Shown piece after piece: positions 23,144 through 30,809 of a stretch of 33,344 bases of DNA. Each line of letters opens with the position of its first letter. Position 1 is the stretch's first letter. The position numbers and the translations under genes are program-made. The notes under the pieces are model-generated. The model searched no databases and had not been told where the DNA came from. It worked only from the letters and a program-made list of their open reading frames with translations. The DNA is from Planctomycetota bacterium (lineage in GTDB: Bacteria; Planctomycetota; UBA8742; JACQVU01): the NCBI GenBank assembly GCA_016209585.1, contig JACQVU010000180.1, positions 1 through 33,344 of the forward strand. The letters are read 5' to 3'.

Positions 23144-23749
23144 ATGACCGACATCATGAAGGAACTGGAACACGGCCTGCTGAAGGAGAAACTTCCCACC
23201 TTCTCCGTGGGCGACACGGTGGAGGTGCACGTGAACATCAAGGAGGGCGACAAGAACCGCGTGCAGAAGTTCGTGGGCACCGTCATCCGGTACAAGGGCG
23301 GCGGCCTGCGGCGCACCTTCACCGTGCGGCGGCTGGTGCAGGGCGAGGGCGTGGAGCGCATCTTCCCCGTCCATTCGCCGGTGGTGGCCGACGTCGTGGT
23401 GCTGCGGCGCGGCGCCGTGCGGCGCGCCAAACTGTACTACCTGCGTGACCGCGTCGGCAAGGCCACCCGCGTGCGCGATCTCGTCGGCGGCGAGTCCGAA
23501 GAGACCGAGGTGAAGGAAAAGAAGGAACACAAGCGCGGCAAGAAGGCCAAGGCCGCCCGCGCCGCCCGGCGCGAAGCCGCCGCGGCCGCCGTGGCCCAGA
23601 AGGTCGGCGAACCGACAGCCTCCCCCGCCACGGCGCACGCGTCGAACGCCCCGGCTCCAGCCGCGGCCGCGGCTGAGGCTGCCGGAGGCGAGGGCGCGCC
23701 GGCGGCCGCCTCCACCCCGGCCCCCGCGCCGGCTGGCGCCGGCGCCTGA
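23144..23749 (+). CDS. rplS: 50S ribosomal protein L19 with a ~88-aa Lys/Ala/Pro-rich C-terminal extension
   Basis: The core, LPTFSVGDTVEVHVNIKEGDKNRVQKFVGTVI..KGGGLRRTFTVRR...GEGVERIFPVHSP.V....VLRRG.VRRAKLYYLRDRVGKA, is typical L19 and would normally end near residue 113. The ORF continues to residue 201. Confidence 0.93.
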   Translation: MTDIMKELEHGLLKEKLPTFSVGDTVEVHVNIKEGDKNRVQKFVGTVIRYKGGGLRRTFTVRRLVQGEGVERIFPVHSPVVADVVVLRRGAVRRAKLYYLRDRVGKATRVRDLVGGESEETEVKEKKEHKRGKKAKAARAARREAAAAAVAQKVGEPTASPATAHASNAPAPAAAAAEAAGGEGAPAAASTPAPAPAGAGA

Positions 23750-23768
23750 GAATCGGGCGCGGATCCGC

Positions 23769-24695
23769 ATGCCGCCCAAGCGCCAGTCGTCGGGCCGCGT
23801 GCTGCTTGGCGCGCACACCTCCACCGCCGGCGGCGTGCATCACGCTTTGGAGGAAGGGCGCGCGCTGGGCTGCGACGTGGTGCAACTCTTCACCCGCAAC
23901 CAGCGGCAGTGGACGCCCAAGCCGCTGGACAGCGGCGACGTGGACCTGTGGCGCGCGCGGCTCGCCCAGGGCGGCGTGCGGCCCGCCATGGCCCACACCT
24001 CCTACCTCGTCAACCTTTGCGCCAGCGACGACACCATTCTGGAGAAGTCTCGCCTGGCCATCCTCGACGAGGTGGACCGCGCCGACCTTCTCGGTATCCC
24101 CAACGTGGTGTTGCACCCGGGCGCGCACTTGGGCCGCGGAGAAGAGGCCGGCGTCGCGGCGATTTGCCAATCGCTCAACTGGATCATCGCCCGCCGCCCC
24201 GCGATGAAGACCGTCATCTGCCTGGAAACCACCGCCGGCCAGGGCACCACCCTGGGCTGGCGCTTTGAACAACTCGCCGCCATGCTCGCCGGTGTGAAGG
24301 AGCGCGCGCGGGTCGCCGTCTGCATCGACACCTGCCACCTCTTCGCCGCCGGCTACGACATCCGCACCGCCGCGGGCTGGCGCGCCACGCTGGAAGAGTT
24401 CGACAAGGTGATCGGCCTCGACGCCCTGCGCTGCGCGCACCTCAACGATTCCAAACATGAACTCGGCTCCCGCAAGGACCGCCACCAGCACATCGGCGAC
24501 GGCTTCCTCGGCTTGGGTGCCTTCGCGGCCCTGCTGGCTGACCCCCGCCTGCGTGATATCCCCCTGGTCCTCGAAACCCCGGTCGATGAAGCGGGCGACG
24601 CCCCCGGCCCCGGCGGCGTCGCCAAGGGCTACGCCGAGAACCTCGCCGTGCTTCGATCCCTCCTGCCGAAGGCGTCTGCGCCCCGCGGCCGGTAG
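23769..24695 (+). CDS. nfo: Deoxyribonuclease IV (endonuclease IV, AP endonuclease)
   Basis: LGAHTSTAGG, VQLFTRNQRQW, AHTSYLVNL, VLHPGAH, ICLETTAGQG, VCIDTCHLFAAGYD and HLNDSK...GSRKDRHQHIG.G are the Nfo metal-ligand motifs in the canonical order. Confidence 0.93.
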   Translation: MPPKRQSSGRVLLGAHTSTAGGVHHALEEGRALGCDVVQLFTRNQRQWTPKPLDSGDVDLWRARLAQGGVRPAMAHTSYLVNLCASDDTILEKSRLAILDEVDRADLLGIPNVVLHPGAHLGRGEEAGVAAICQSLNWIIARRPAMKTVICLETTAGQGTTLGWRFEQLAAMLAGVKERARVAVCIDTCHLFAAGYDIRTAAGWRATLEEFDKVIGLDALRCAHLNDSKHELGSRKDRHQHIGDGFLGLGAFAALLADPRLRDIPLVLETPVDEAGDAPGPGGVAKGYAENLAVLRSLLPKASAPRGR

Positions 24696-24757
24696 GCGGC
24701 CCTCCACCTTCCGTCGCCCCGCGTCCCGCCCCCCTTACCCCGCTCCGCGGGCGCCCG

Positions 24758-25429
24758 CTACTGGCCGCCGGAAAGCAGGAAGTCGCGCAGGCGGTCGCCG
24801 TCGGGGACGGTGATGGCGTTGCTTTCCACGCGGATGAGGCCGTTGTCGGCCAGGTCGCGCTGGGCACGGGAAAAAGTCTCGGGCGCCATGTTCAGCCGCG
24901 CGGCGATCTCCTTGCGCGCCTCGGTCAGCGCCACCAGGCCGGCGTTCTTACCGTCCGCCGCCAGCCGGCCGAGCAGGAAGTTGGCCAGGCGGGCGCGCGC
25001 GCCAAGGAAGGCCTCAGCCTCGAGTTGCGCCAGGAGCCAGTGCATACGACGCGCCAGCGACTCGATGACCCGCAGCGCGAAGTCGGCGTTCTCGCGCAAC
25101 AGGCGAATGAACCCCTGGGCGTCGACGCACACCAGCGAAGAGTCTTCCATCGCCTGCGCGAAAGCCGGGTAGCGGGCGACGCCGAAAATGGCGGCCTCGG
25201 CGAACGACTGGCCGGCGCGGAAGACGTTCAACACCCGCTCGCGGCCGTCGGGGGCGATCTTGTACACCTTCACCGCGCCGCTCTTCACCAGGTAGAAGCC
25301 CCTGGCCGCGTCGCCGTCGCGGAACACCATCTCGCCGGCCGGCGCGCGCGTTTCGCGGGCGCAGCGGGCCAGGCCCTCGCGGTCGCACGCCGTGATCTGC
25401 TGGAACATCGGGAACGACGAAAGGTCCAT
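24758..25429 (-). CDS. Crp/Fnr-family transcriptional regulator
   Basis: The cNMP-binding beta-roll is [51 protein letters not shown]. The C-terminal HTH is [32 protein letters not shown]. There is no N-terminal Cys cluster, so it is not a classical O2-sensing Fnr. Confidence 0.88.
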   Translation of the reverse strand: MDLSSFPMFQQITACDREGLARCARETRAPAGEMVFRDGDAARGFYLVKSGAVKVYKIAPDGRERVLNVFRAGQSFAEAAIFGVARYPAFAQAMEDSSLVCVDAQGFIRLLRENADFALRVIESLARRMHWLLAQLEAEAFLGARARLANFLLGRLAADGKNAGLVALTEARKEIAARLNMAPETFSRAQRDLADNGLIRVESNAITVPDGDRLRDFLLSGGQ

Positions 25430-25677
25430 GCGGATCTCGGCTGGTGACGGTCGCCTTGCGCCGGTCGTCAGCCCGCGCCCGTGGCCGGGGAAGCCCCAGT
25501 GTACCCGCGCCGCGCGTGAGGCGCATTCGCGGTTTCGCGGCGCCCGCCGGGCGCAGCCGAATGTTCTACCGATGGAGCCTCAAAGGAGTATACTGCGCCA
25601 CTTCGCGGGCGAGCGCGGCGCCACGAGAACCGGAGCCGTCGGCCCCCGAGTCGCCCGCAAACCCCAGCCCCGCCCGT

Positions 25678-26160
25678 ATGCGCGCGCCTTACTCCCAAGC
25701 CCTCGGTATGGTTGAGACCCTGGGCCGCGTCGGCTCCACCGAGGCGGCTGACGCCATGACCAAGGCCGCCCAGGTGACCCTCATCGGCCGCGAGGAGGTC
25801 GGCGGCGGCTACGTCACCGTCCTGGTCCGCGGCGACGTCGGCGCCGTGCGCGCCGCCGTCGAGGCTGGGGAGCGCGCGGCCAAGGCCGTGGGCAAGGTGG
25901 TCAGCGTCCACGTCATCCCCAAGCCGCACGAACAGACCCACACCATTCTGCCGCTGCTCTCCCCCGCCGCCGACGGGCCGCCGCTCTCGTTCGCGCAACG
26001 GCTGCTGGCCGCCTACGGGCAACCCGACGCGGACTTTCCGGCGAAGGGCGCCGCGCCGCGCCCGGCGGGTGAACGCGCGGGCCGGCCGGCCGCGGTTTCG
26101 GTGGAGGGCGAGAAGCGGGCGAAATCGACCCCCCGTGGCCGCCGCACCAGCCGGAAGTGA
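25678..26160 (+). CDS. Bacterial microcompartment shell protein, BMC-H (Pfam BMC domain) with a ~70-aa basic/Pro-Ala-rich C-terminal tail
   Basis: Starts at internal ATG 25678 of ORF 25444..26160. [79 protein letters not shown] aligns nearly position-for-position with PduA/EutM/CcmK ([48 protein letters not shown]...A...G.V...HVIPRPH). The tail ends in [15 protein letters not shown]. Confidence 0.87.
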   Translation: MRAPYSQALGMVETLGRVGSTEAADAMTKAAQVTLIGREEVGGGYVTVLVRGDVGAVRAAVEAGERAAKAVGKVVSVHVIPKPHEQTHTILPLLSPAADGPPLSFAQRLLAAYGQPDADFPAKGAAPRPAGERAGRPAAVSVEGEKRAKSTPRGRRTSRK

Positions 26161-26181
26161 ACCGCGGGGCGGGCGGCCAGG

Positions 26182-27966
26182 TCACATCGCCAGAATGTCG
26201 AAGGCGCGGCCGGCGTCGACGCACTCGCGGGCCGCAAGGAACTGGTCCATGGTCATCGCGCTGAAGTTCAGCGGCCGGCCGTCCTGGTCGTGCAGCACCT
26301 TGGTGGCGTCGTCCAACTCGGTGACGTAATAGCGCAGGCGGTCGTCGATCACCGGCTCCCCGCTTCCCGCGTCGAACGAAACGCCGAAATTCTCGCTCAA
26401 CAGGCGTCGCACGGTGGGGTGCTTGAACATCTCGGTGCCGGGGTAGGCCGTGGCCGTGAACATCCGGCGGTTGACGGAGTTCATGGCCACCTCCCACTCG
26501 CGCGTGCCCGGGGTGACGCCGTCGGTGTAGAGGTCCTGCTGCCACTTGATGAAGGCCACCGAGGTTTGCAGTTGCCGAAGCGTCTCGCCGGGGTAGCCCA
26601 TGATCCAGGTGCAGTTGCCGTGCACCCCGTGCTCCTTGCACTTCTTCACCCCTTCCACCATCGTGAGCGGGAAGTCGTAGCCGCCCAGGCGCGTGGTTCC
26701 GTTGGTGAGAATGAAGCCCCCCTTGCCCATCTCTTCGAGCACGGCGGCGTCAGCCGACTCGGCGCCGAAGCCGATGTAGACGCAGCCGGCCTCGGCCATC
26801 AGTTTCACGCGCTGGATGTCGTTGTGCCGCATCCGGCCGGTGCGGGCGTCGGGGCGGATGTCGGCCGCCTCGTCGAGCCGGCCGTGCGTGCCCCAGCGGA
26901 GGCCGGTCTCGCGGATCAGGGGGCCGAGCGCAGCCGGCAACGCCGCGATGCGCCGCGGGATGACCATGAAGTTGTCGTCGGTGATGCCCACGAAGTCCAC
27001 GCCGTACTTCTCGTGGTAGAACCGCATCTCGGCCGCCATGGCCTCGGGCGACCGCACCCCGTAGTCGCGCTCCCCCTGCTGGCCGCGATAGCAGAACTTG
27101 CACGCGAAGGGGCACCCGCGCGACGACACCGTGGACAGCGAGCGATCCATGGTGAACGGCGCCGCCGAGGAGTTGGCCGAGTTTCCCCCCCAAATGGCGT
27201 TCCGAATGTAGACTTCAAGCACCGGGAAGCCGTCGACGTCGCGCTCCATGAGGTCGAGCGCCGGCAGCGGCAGAATGTCAAGGTTCCGCGGCCGGCCCCC
27301 GTCATAGAGAAAGCGCGGCTGGCCCTCCCATTCCCCGAGATAGTAGGGCGCCAGCAGCCCGGCCGCCCGCGCCGACGCCAGCCCGCGGCGGCGGACGTGG
27401 AGCGCGTCGAGCGCGATCTTGAGAATGACGTCGTCCCCCTCGCTGTGCGCCACGCCGTTCAACTCCGGAATCCAGGAGAAGAGGCCCGTCTTGAACTCCG
27501 TCGCCAGGCCGTTGCCGGAGACAATCATCGTCTCCGGCAAAAGCCGGCGCACGATGGCCGCGGCGCGCTCCTGCCACTTGAGCGTGGTGATCAAGCCGCT
27601 GAACGCCACCAGGTCAGGCTCGCCGTGGCGGGCGAAGTGGCGCTCGAAGAGCCCGGCGGCTTCCTCGTCCAGCAGGTGCCGGCCGTTCTTCAGGCCGCGC
27701 CGGCGCGCCAGGTCGTCCTGGATGCGATAGGCGTTGAGGTCCACGATGCTCGCGTCGGCGCCATACTCCCGCACCCGCGCCGCCAGCAACCCCGGCCCCA
27801 GCGGAACGTTGTTGGGCAGAGCCGTCTCCCGCAGCGGCATGTTCACGAAGCAGACCCGCGCGCCCTTCAGGTCGCCCGGGCGGATGGCGGCCGCCACCTC
27901 GGCCGGGTGGACGTAGGTCCGCGCGGGGGCGCTCAACACGGGCGGAGAAGCGAGAAGCGTGGGCAT
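26182..27966 (-). CDS. B12-binding-domain radical SAM enzyme (class B), substrate unknown
   Basis: The N-terminal cobalamin-binding fold is ARVCFVNMP...PLGPGLLAARVREYGADASIVDLN...DLVAFSG. The radical SAM cluster motif is SSRGCPFACKFCY (CxxxCxxC). It is followed by VGITDDNF and IGFGAESADAAVLEEMGKG. Total length is 594 aa. Confidence 0.88.
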   Translation of the reverse strand: MPTLLASPPVLSAPARTYVHPAEVAAAIRPGDLKGARVCFVNMPLRETALPNNVPLGPGLLAARVREYGADASIVDLNAYRIQDDLARRRGLKNGRHLLDEEAAGLFERHFARHGEPDLVAFSGLITTLKWQERAAAIVRRLLPETMIVSGNGLATEFKTGLFSWIPELNGVAHSEGDDVILKIALDALHVRRRGLASARAAGLLAPYYLGEWEGQPRFLYDGGRPRNLDILPLPALDLMERDVDGFPVLEVYIRNAIWGGNSANSSAAPFTMDRSLSTVSSRGCPFACKFCYRGQQGERDYGVRSPEAMAAEMRFYHEKYGVDFVGITDDNFMVIPRRIAALPAALGPLIRETGLRWGTHGRLDEAADIRPDARTGRMRHNDIQRVKLMAEAGCVYIGFGAESADAAVLEEMGKGGFILTNGTTRLGGYDFPLTMVEGVKKCKEHGVHGNCTWIMGYPGETLRQLQTSVAFIKWQQDLYTDGVTPGTREWEVAMNSVNRRMFTATAYPGTEMFKHPTVRRLLSENFGVSFDAGSGEPVIDDRLRYYVTELDDATKVLHDQDGRPLNFSAMTMDQFLAARECVDAGRAFDILAM

Positions 27967-28297
27967 ACAAAACGGGTTGACGCCACCCCAGGCGCGACGC
28001 CAGCCTCTCCCCGCGGGCGGGGATGGCCCAGGTCTTGCCCGCGAGCCGCGACACCAGATCTTCGTTATAGGCTATTTCGGACGCCAGAGGCGATCACTTT
28101 ACGGGCGCATGTTCGTGCTTGCGAGGCGTGGCCGGAACAAGGGCCGGGGTTCAGCGGCTGGTGAGCGTTCTCCCGCGGAGGCGGCGTGGTGAACCGCGCC
28201 GCGGTATGATCGTTCATGATTGCCGGGGGCCAGGGAGCGAGGGGGGCAGGGGTCGGGGCGGTTGTCGGACGAAGGCCACCAACACTGGAGATGTCTC

Positions 28298-29635
28298 ATG
28301 ACAGCGACGCTGGTCTTCTCGCGCCGGATCAAGTGGGCTGCGCCATGGCTGGCCGTCGGGCTTCTCGGCGCGGCGCTGCTGGCGCCGGGGTGCGAACGGG
28401 GTGGGGGCGAAGGCGCGAAAGGCGGCGCGGGGGGCGACGGGAAGAAGGGCGGGACCGAGTCGCCGGCCCCGCGCGCGGCGCGCGACCCGGCGACGCTTTC
28501 GGAGACGGAACTGAAAGACGAGACCAAAACCGTGCTGCGCGAGACCATCTCCTGGCTGCGTGAAGCGCGGCTCGATGACGGTCTGTGGGGCGCGGCGATG
28601 CCGGGGAAGAAGGCCGAGAGCAACGCCGGCCTCACGGCGCTGGCGCTGAAGGCGGTGCTCTACGCGAAGGGGCCGGGCAACCTGGGCGGCAACGCGCTGG
28701 ACGTGCCCTGGGTGCGCGACGGGGTGGAGCAGTTGGTGAAGTGGCAGCAGCCGGACGGATCGATCTTCCTGCGCGACAACGCCAACTACACCACCAGCCT
28801 GGCGGTGCAGGCGCTGGCGCTGGCGGACGCGAAGAAGTACGGGGCACAGATTGACCGGGCGCGCGATTATCTCCTCAAGTGCCAGTATGACGAGGACGGT
28901 GAGAACGCGAAGGAAGACAACCGCCATTACGGCGGGGCGGGGTACGGCAAGGGGCGGGAGACTCCCGACCTCAACAACACCTGTTTCTGGATCGACGCCC
29001 TGGCGCGGGCGGGGGTGGCGAAGGAGCACCCGGCCTTCCAGAAGGCGCTCACCTACCTGTCGCGGTGCCAGAACGACTCCGACCGTAACCCCGCGCCGGT
29101 GGAGGTGGACGCGGACGGCGACGGCCAGCCGGACCAGGTGTCGCGCTCCAATGACGGCGGGGCCTCCTACCGTCCGGGCGAGAACCCGAAAGAGGTGGGG
29201 TACGAGAAGGGGGCCGACGGCACATGGCGCACGGCCTCGTACGGCAACATGACGTATAGTCTTTTGTCCAGTTACCTGACGGCCGGGCTGTCGAAAGAGG
29301 ACCCGCGCATGCAGAAGGCCTGGGCCTGGGTGGCGAAACGTTTCACGGTGGAGACCCACCCCGGCCTCAAGGACGATCCGCGGCACGCGAACGCGGGGTA
29401 TTACTACTATCTTTGTATCATGGCCCACGCCTTGCGGCTGTACGGAGTCGAGGAGATCACCGACGGCCAGGGCGTGGTCCACCGCTGGCGGCCGGAACTG
29501 GCGCGGCGCGTTCTGGCGATCCGCGCGAAAGAGGGGCATTGGGTCAACGCCAACAACGCGTGGATGGAGGGCCTGCCGGTCATCTCCACCTCCTACGTGT
29601 TGATGGCGCTGACCGACGTGCTCAGCGGCTGGTGA
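28298..29635 (+). CDS. Secreted or lipoprotein prenyltransferase/squalene-oxidase (terpene-cyclase-like alpha/alpha toroid) repeat protein
   Basis: ATG 28298 has GGAG 7 nt upstream. The signal peptide is KWAAPWLAVGLLGAALLAPG-C, a weak lipobox. Repeated QW-like motifs are LVKWQQPDGSIF, YLLKCQYDEDG, YLSRCQNDSD...NDGGASY and LAIRAKEGHW, separated by helix pairs. The ORF-track N-terminus (28220) is Gly/Arg-rich and probably not translated. Confidence 0.75.
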   Translation: MTATLVFSRRIKWAAPWLAVGLLGAALLAPGCERGGGEGAKGGAGGDGKKGGTESPAPRAARDPATLSETELKDETKTVLRETISWLREARLDDGLWGAAMPGKKAESNAGLTALALKAVLYAKGPGNLGGNALDVPWVRDGVEQLVKWQQPDGSIFLRDNANYTTSLAVQALALADAKKYGAQIDRARDYLLKCQYDEDGENAKEDNRHYGGAGYGKGRETPDLNNTCFWIDALARAGVAKEHPAFQKALTYLSRCQNDSDRNPAPVEVDADGDGQPDQVSRSNDGGASYRPGENPKEVGYEKGADGTWRTASYGNMTYSLLSSYLTAGLSKEDPRMQKAWAWVAKRFTVETHPGLKDDPRHANAGYYYYLCIMAHALRLYGVEEITDGQGVVHRWRPELARRVLAIRAKEGHWVNANNAWMEGLPVISTSYVLMALTDVLSGW

Positions 29636-30809
29636 GGCGCAGGCGGCCGCTGGCGGCGTCGAAGGAGACGAGGAGTTGTCCGTGGAGGACCTTGAGGAGG
29701 TCCTCGCCGAGGAGGCGGCGGCGCCAGCCTCTGAGGATGGGGAGGTGTTCGGGCATGCGCCCGGCGAGGACTTCCTCGGCGAGTTCCTGGAGTTCGGCGC
29801 CGGCGGCGACCACGGAGGGGGAGAGTTCCAGTTGGCCAGCGCGGGCGCGCGCCACGGCCGCGAGCAGGTCAGTGGCTTCCGCGCCGAAGCGGGGCGGAAG
29901 GCCCAGGCGGCGGGAGGAAGAGGCTGGCCAGGCCTCTTCGGGAAGTTCGATGGCGGCGCGGACGGCGGCGGCGATGGCGCGGCCGGACCTGGCGACCTCG
30001 CGGTGGTTGATGCCGCGGACGGTCTGAAGGGCAGCGAGGTCGCGCGGCTCGGCCTTGGCGAGTTCGACGAGGATTTCGTCGCTGACGACGCGGCCGCGGG
30101 GCAGGTCGCGCTCGCGGGCGGCCTCTTCGCGCCAGGCCGCGAGGGCGCGGAGGACGGCCAGGGTGCGGCCGTGGAGGTTGCCGGAGCCTTTGACGCGGCG
30201 GAAGACGTCGGCTGGGCCGGGGCGCTGGTAGGTGGCGGGGTCGGCGAGCCAGGCGCACTCCTCCTGCACCCAGGCGAGGCGGCCGCGTTTTTCGAGTTCG
30301 GCGACGAGGTGATGGTAGACGCGGGGCAGGTAGGCGACGTCGTCGAGCGCGTAGCGCACCTGGGCCTCCGAAAGCGGGCGGCGGGTCCAGTCGGTGAAGG
30401 TCTCGCGCTTGTTGAGGTGCTTGCCGGTGGTTTTCTCGACGAGGCGCAGGTAGGAGATCTGCTCGCCGTAACCGAGGAAGGCGGCGGCGATCTGGGTGTC
30501 GAAGAGCGGGGCGGGGACACGCGCGGCGAGGTCGTGGATGATCTCCATGTCGCCGCGCGGCGCGTGGAGCACCTTGAGCGAGCGCGGGTCGCAGAGGGTG
30601 TCCCAGAGCGGGGCGAGGTCGGCCAGGGCCACGCAGTCGACGACGGCGAAGGTCTCGCCGTCTCCCACCTGCACGATGCCGAGGCGGGGGTAGTAACTGC
30701 GTTCGGTGACGAACTCGGTGTCGAGAAACAGGCGCGGCCGCCCGGAGAGGCGCGCGCAGAAGTCGGAGAGGGCGGAGGCGGTCTGGATGAACACGGGGCG
30801 AGGTCTCAA
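29622..30809 (-). CDS. rnd: Ribonuclease D
   Basis: FLDTEFVTERSYYPRLGIVQV, KVLHAPRGDMEII, DTQIAAAFLGYG, TDWTRRPLSEAQVRYALDDVAYL are the DEDDy exonuclease motifs, colinear with E. coli RNase D, and an HRDC-like region follows. The start is uncertain: TTG 30809 (TTGA overlap with the upstream stop) or GTG 30794. Confidence 0.9.
   Translation of the reverse strand: MRPRPVFIQTASALSDFCARLSGRPRLFLDTEFVTERSYYPRLGIVQVGDGETFAVVDCVALADLAPLWDTLCDPRSLKVLHAPRGDMEIIHDLAARVPAPLFDTQIAAAFLGYGEQISYLRLVEKTTGKHLNKRETFTDWTRRPLSEAQVRYALDDVAYLPRVYHHLVAELEKRGRLAWVQEECAWLADPATYQRPGPADVFRRVKGSGNLHGRTLAVLRALAAWREEAARERDLPRGRVVSDEILVELAKAEPRDLAALQTVRGINHREVARSGRAIAAAVRAAIELPEEAWPASSSRRLGLPPRFGAEATDLLAAVARARAGQLELSPSVVAAGAELQELAEEVLAGRMPEHLPILRGWRRRLLGEDLLKVLHGQLLVSFDAASGRLRLTSR

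Noticed and set aside
22307-24707. Minus-strand ORFs 22307..23824 (505 aa) and 23319..24707 (462 aa)
   Set aside because: They are antisense to trmD, rplS and nfo, three of the most confidently identified genes here.
25444-25677. 78 extra N-terminal codons of the BMC ORF
   Set aside because: The BMC-H domain normally starts within about 10 residues of the N-terminus (M...ALGMVET). The upstream part is Arg/Ala/Pro/Ser-rich and falls in the divergent promoter region shared with the Crp gene. ATG 25678 is preferred, but 25561 cannot be fully excluded.
28025-28040. B12-box-like element (minus strand GGGCAAGACCTGGGCC) upstream of the B12-radical-SAM gene, a possible cobalamin riboswitch
   Set aside because: Only the AGACCTG core matches the B12 box. 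I could not find the other conserved cobalamin-riboswitch blocks (GGGAA..CCGGTG.GAA.CCGG, GCCCCCGC.ACTGT) in the 331-nt leader. B12-dependent enzymes are also not the usual riboswitch targets. An Infernal scan with the cobalamin model would settle it.
28214-30520. 768-aa minus-strand ORF
   Set aside because: It overlaps the QW-repeat protein in antisense and rnd in another frame. It is Pro/Ser/Ala/Arg low-complexity.
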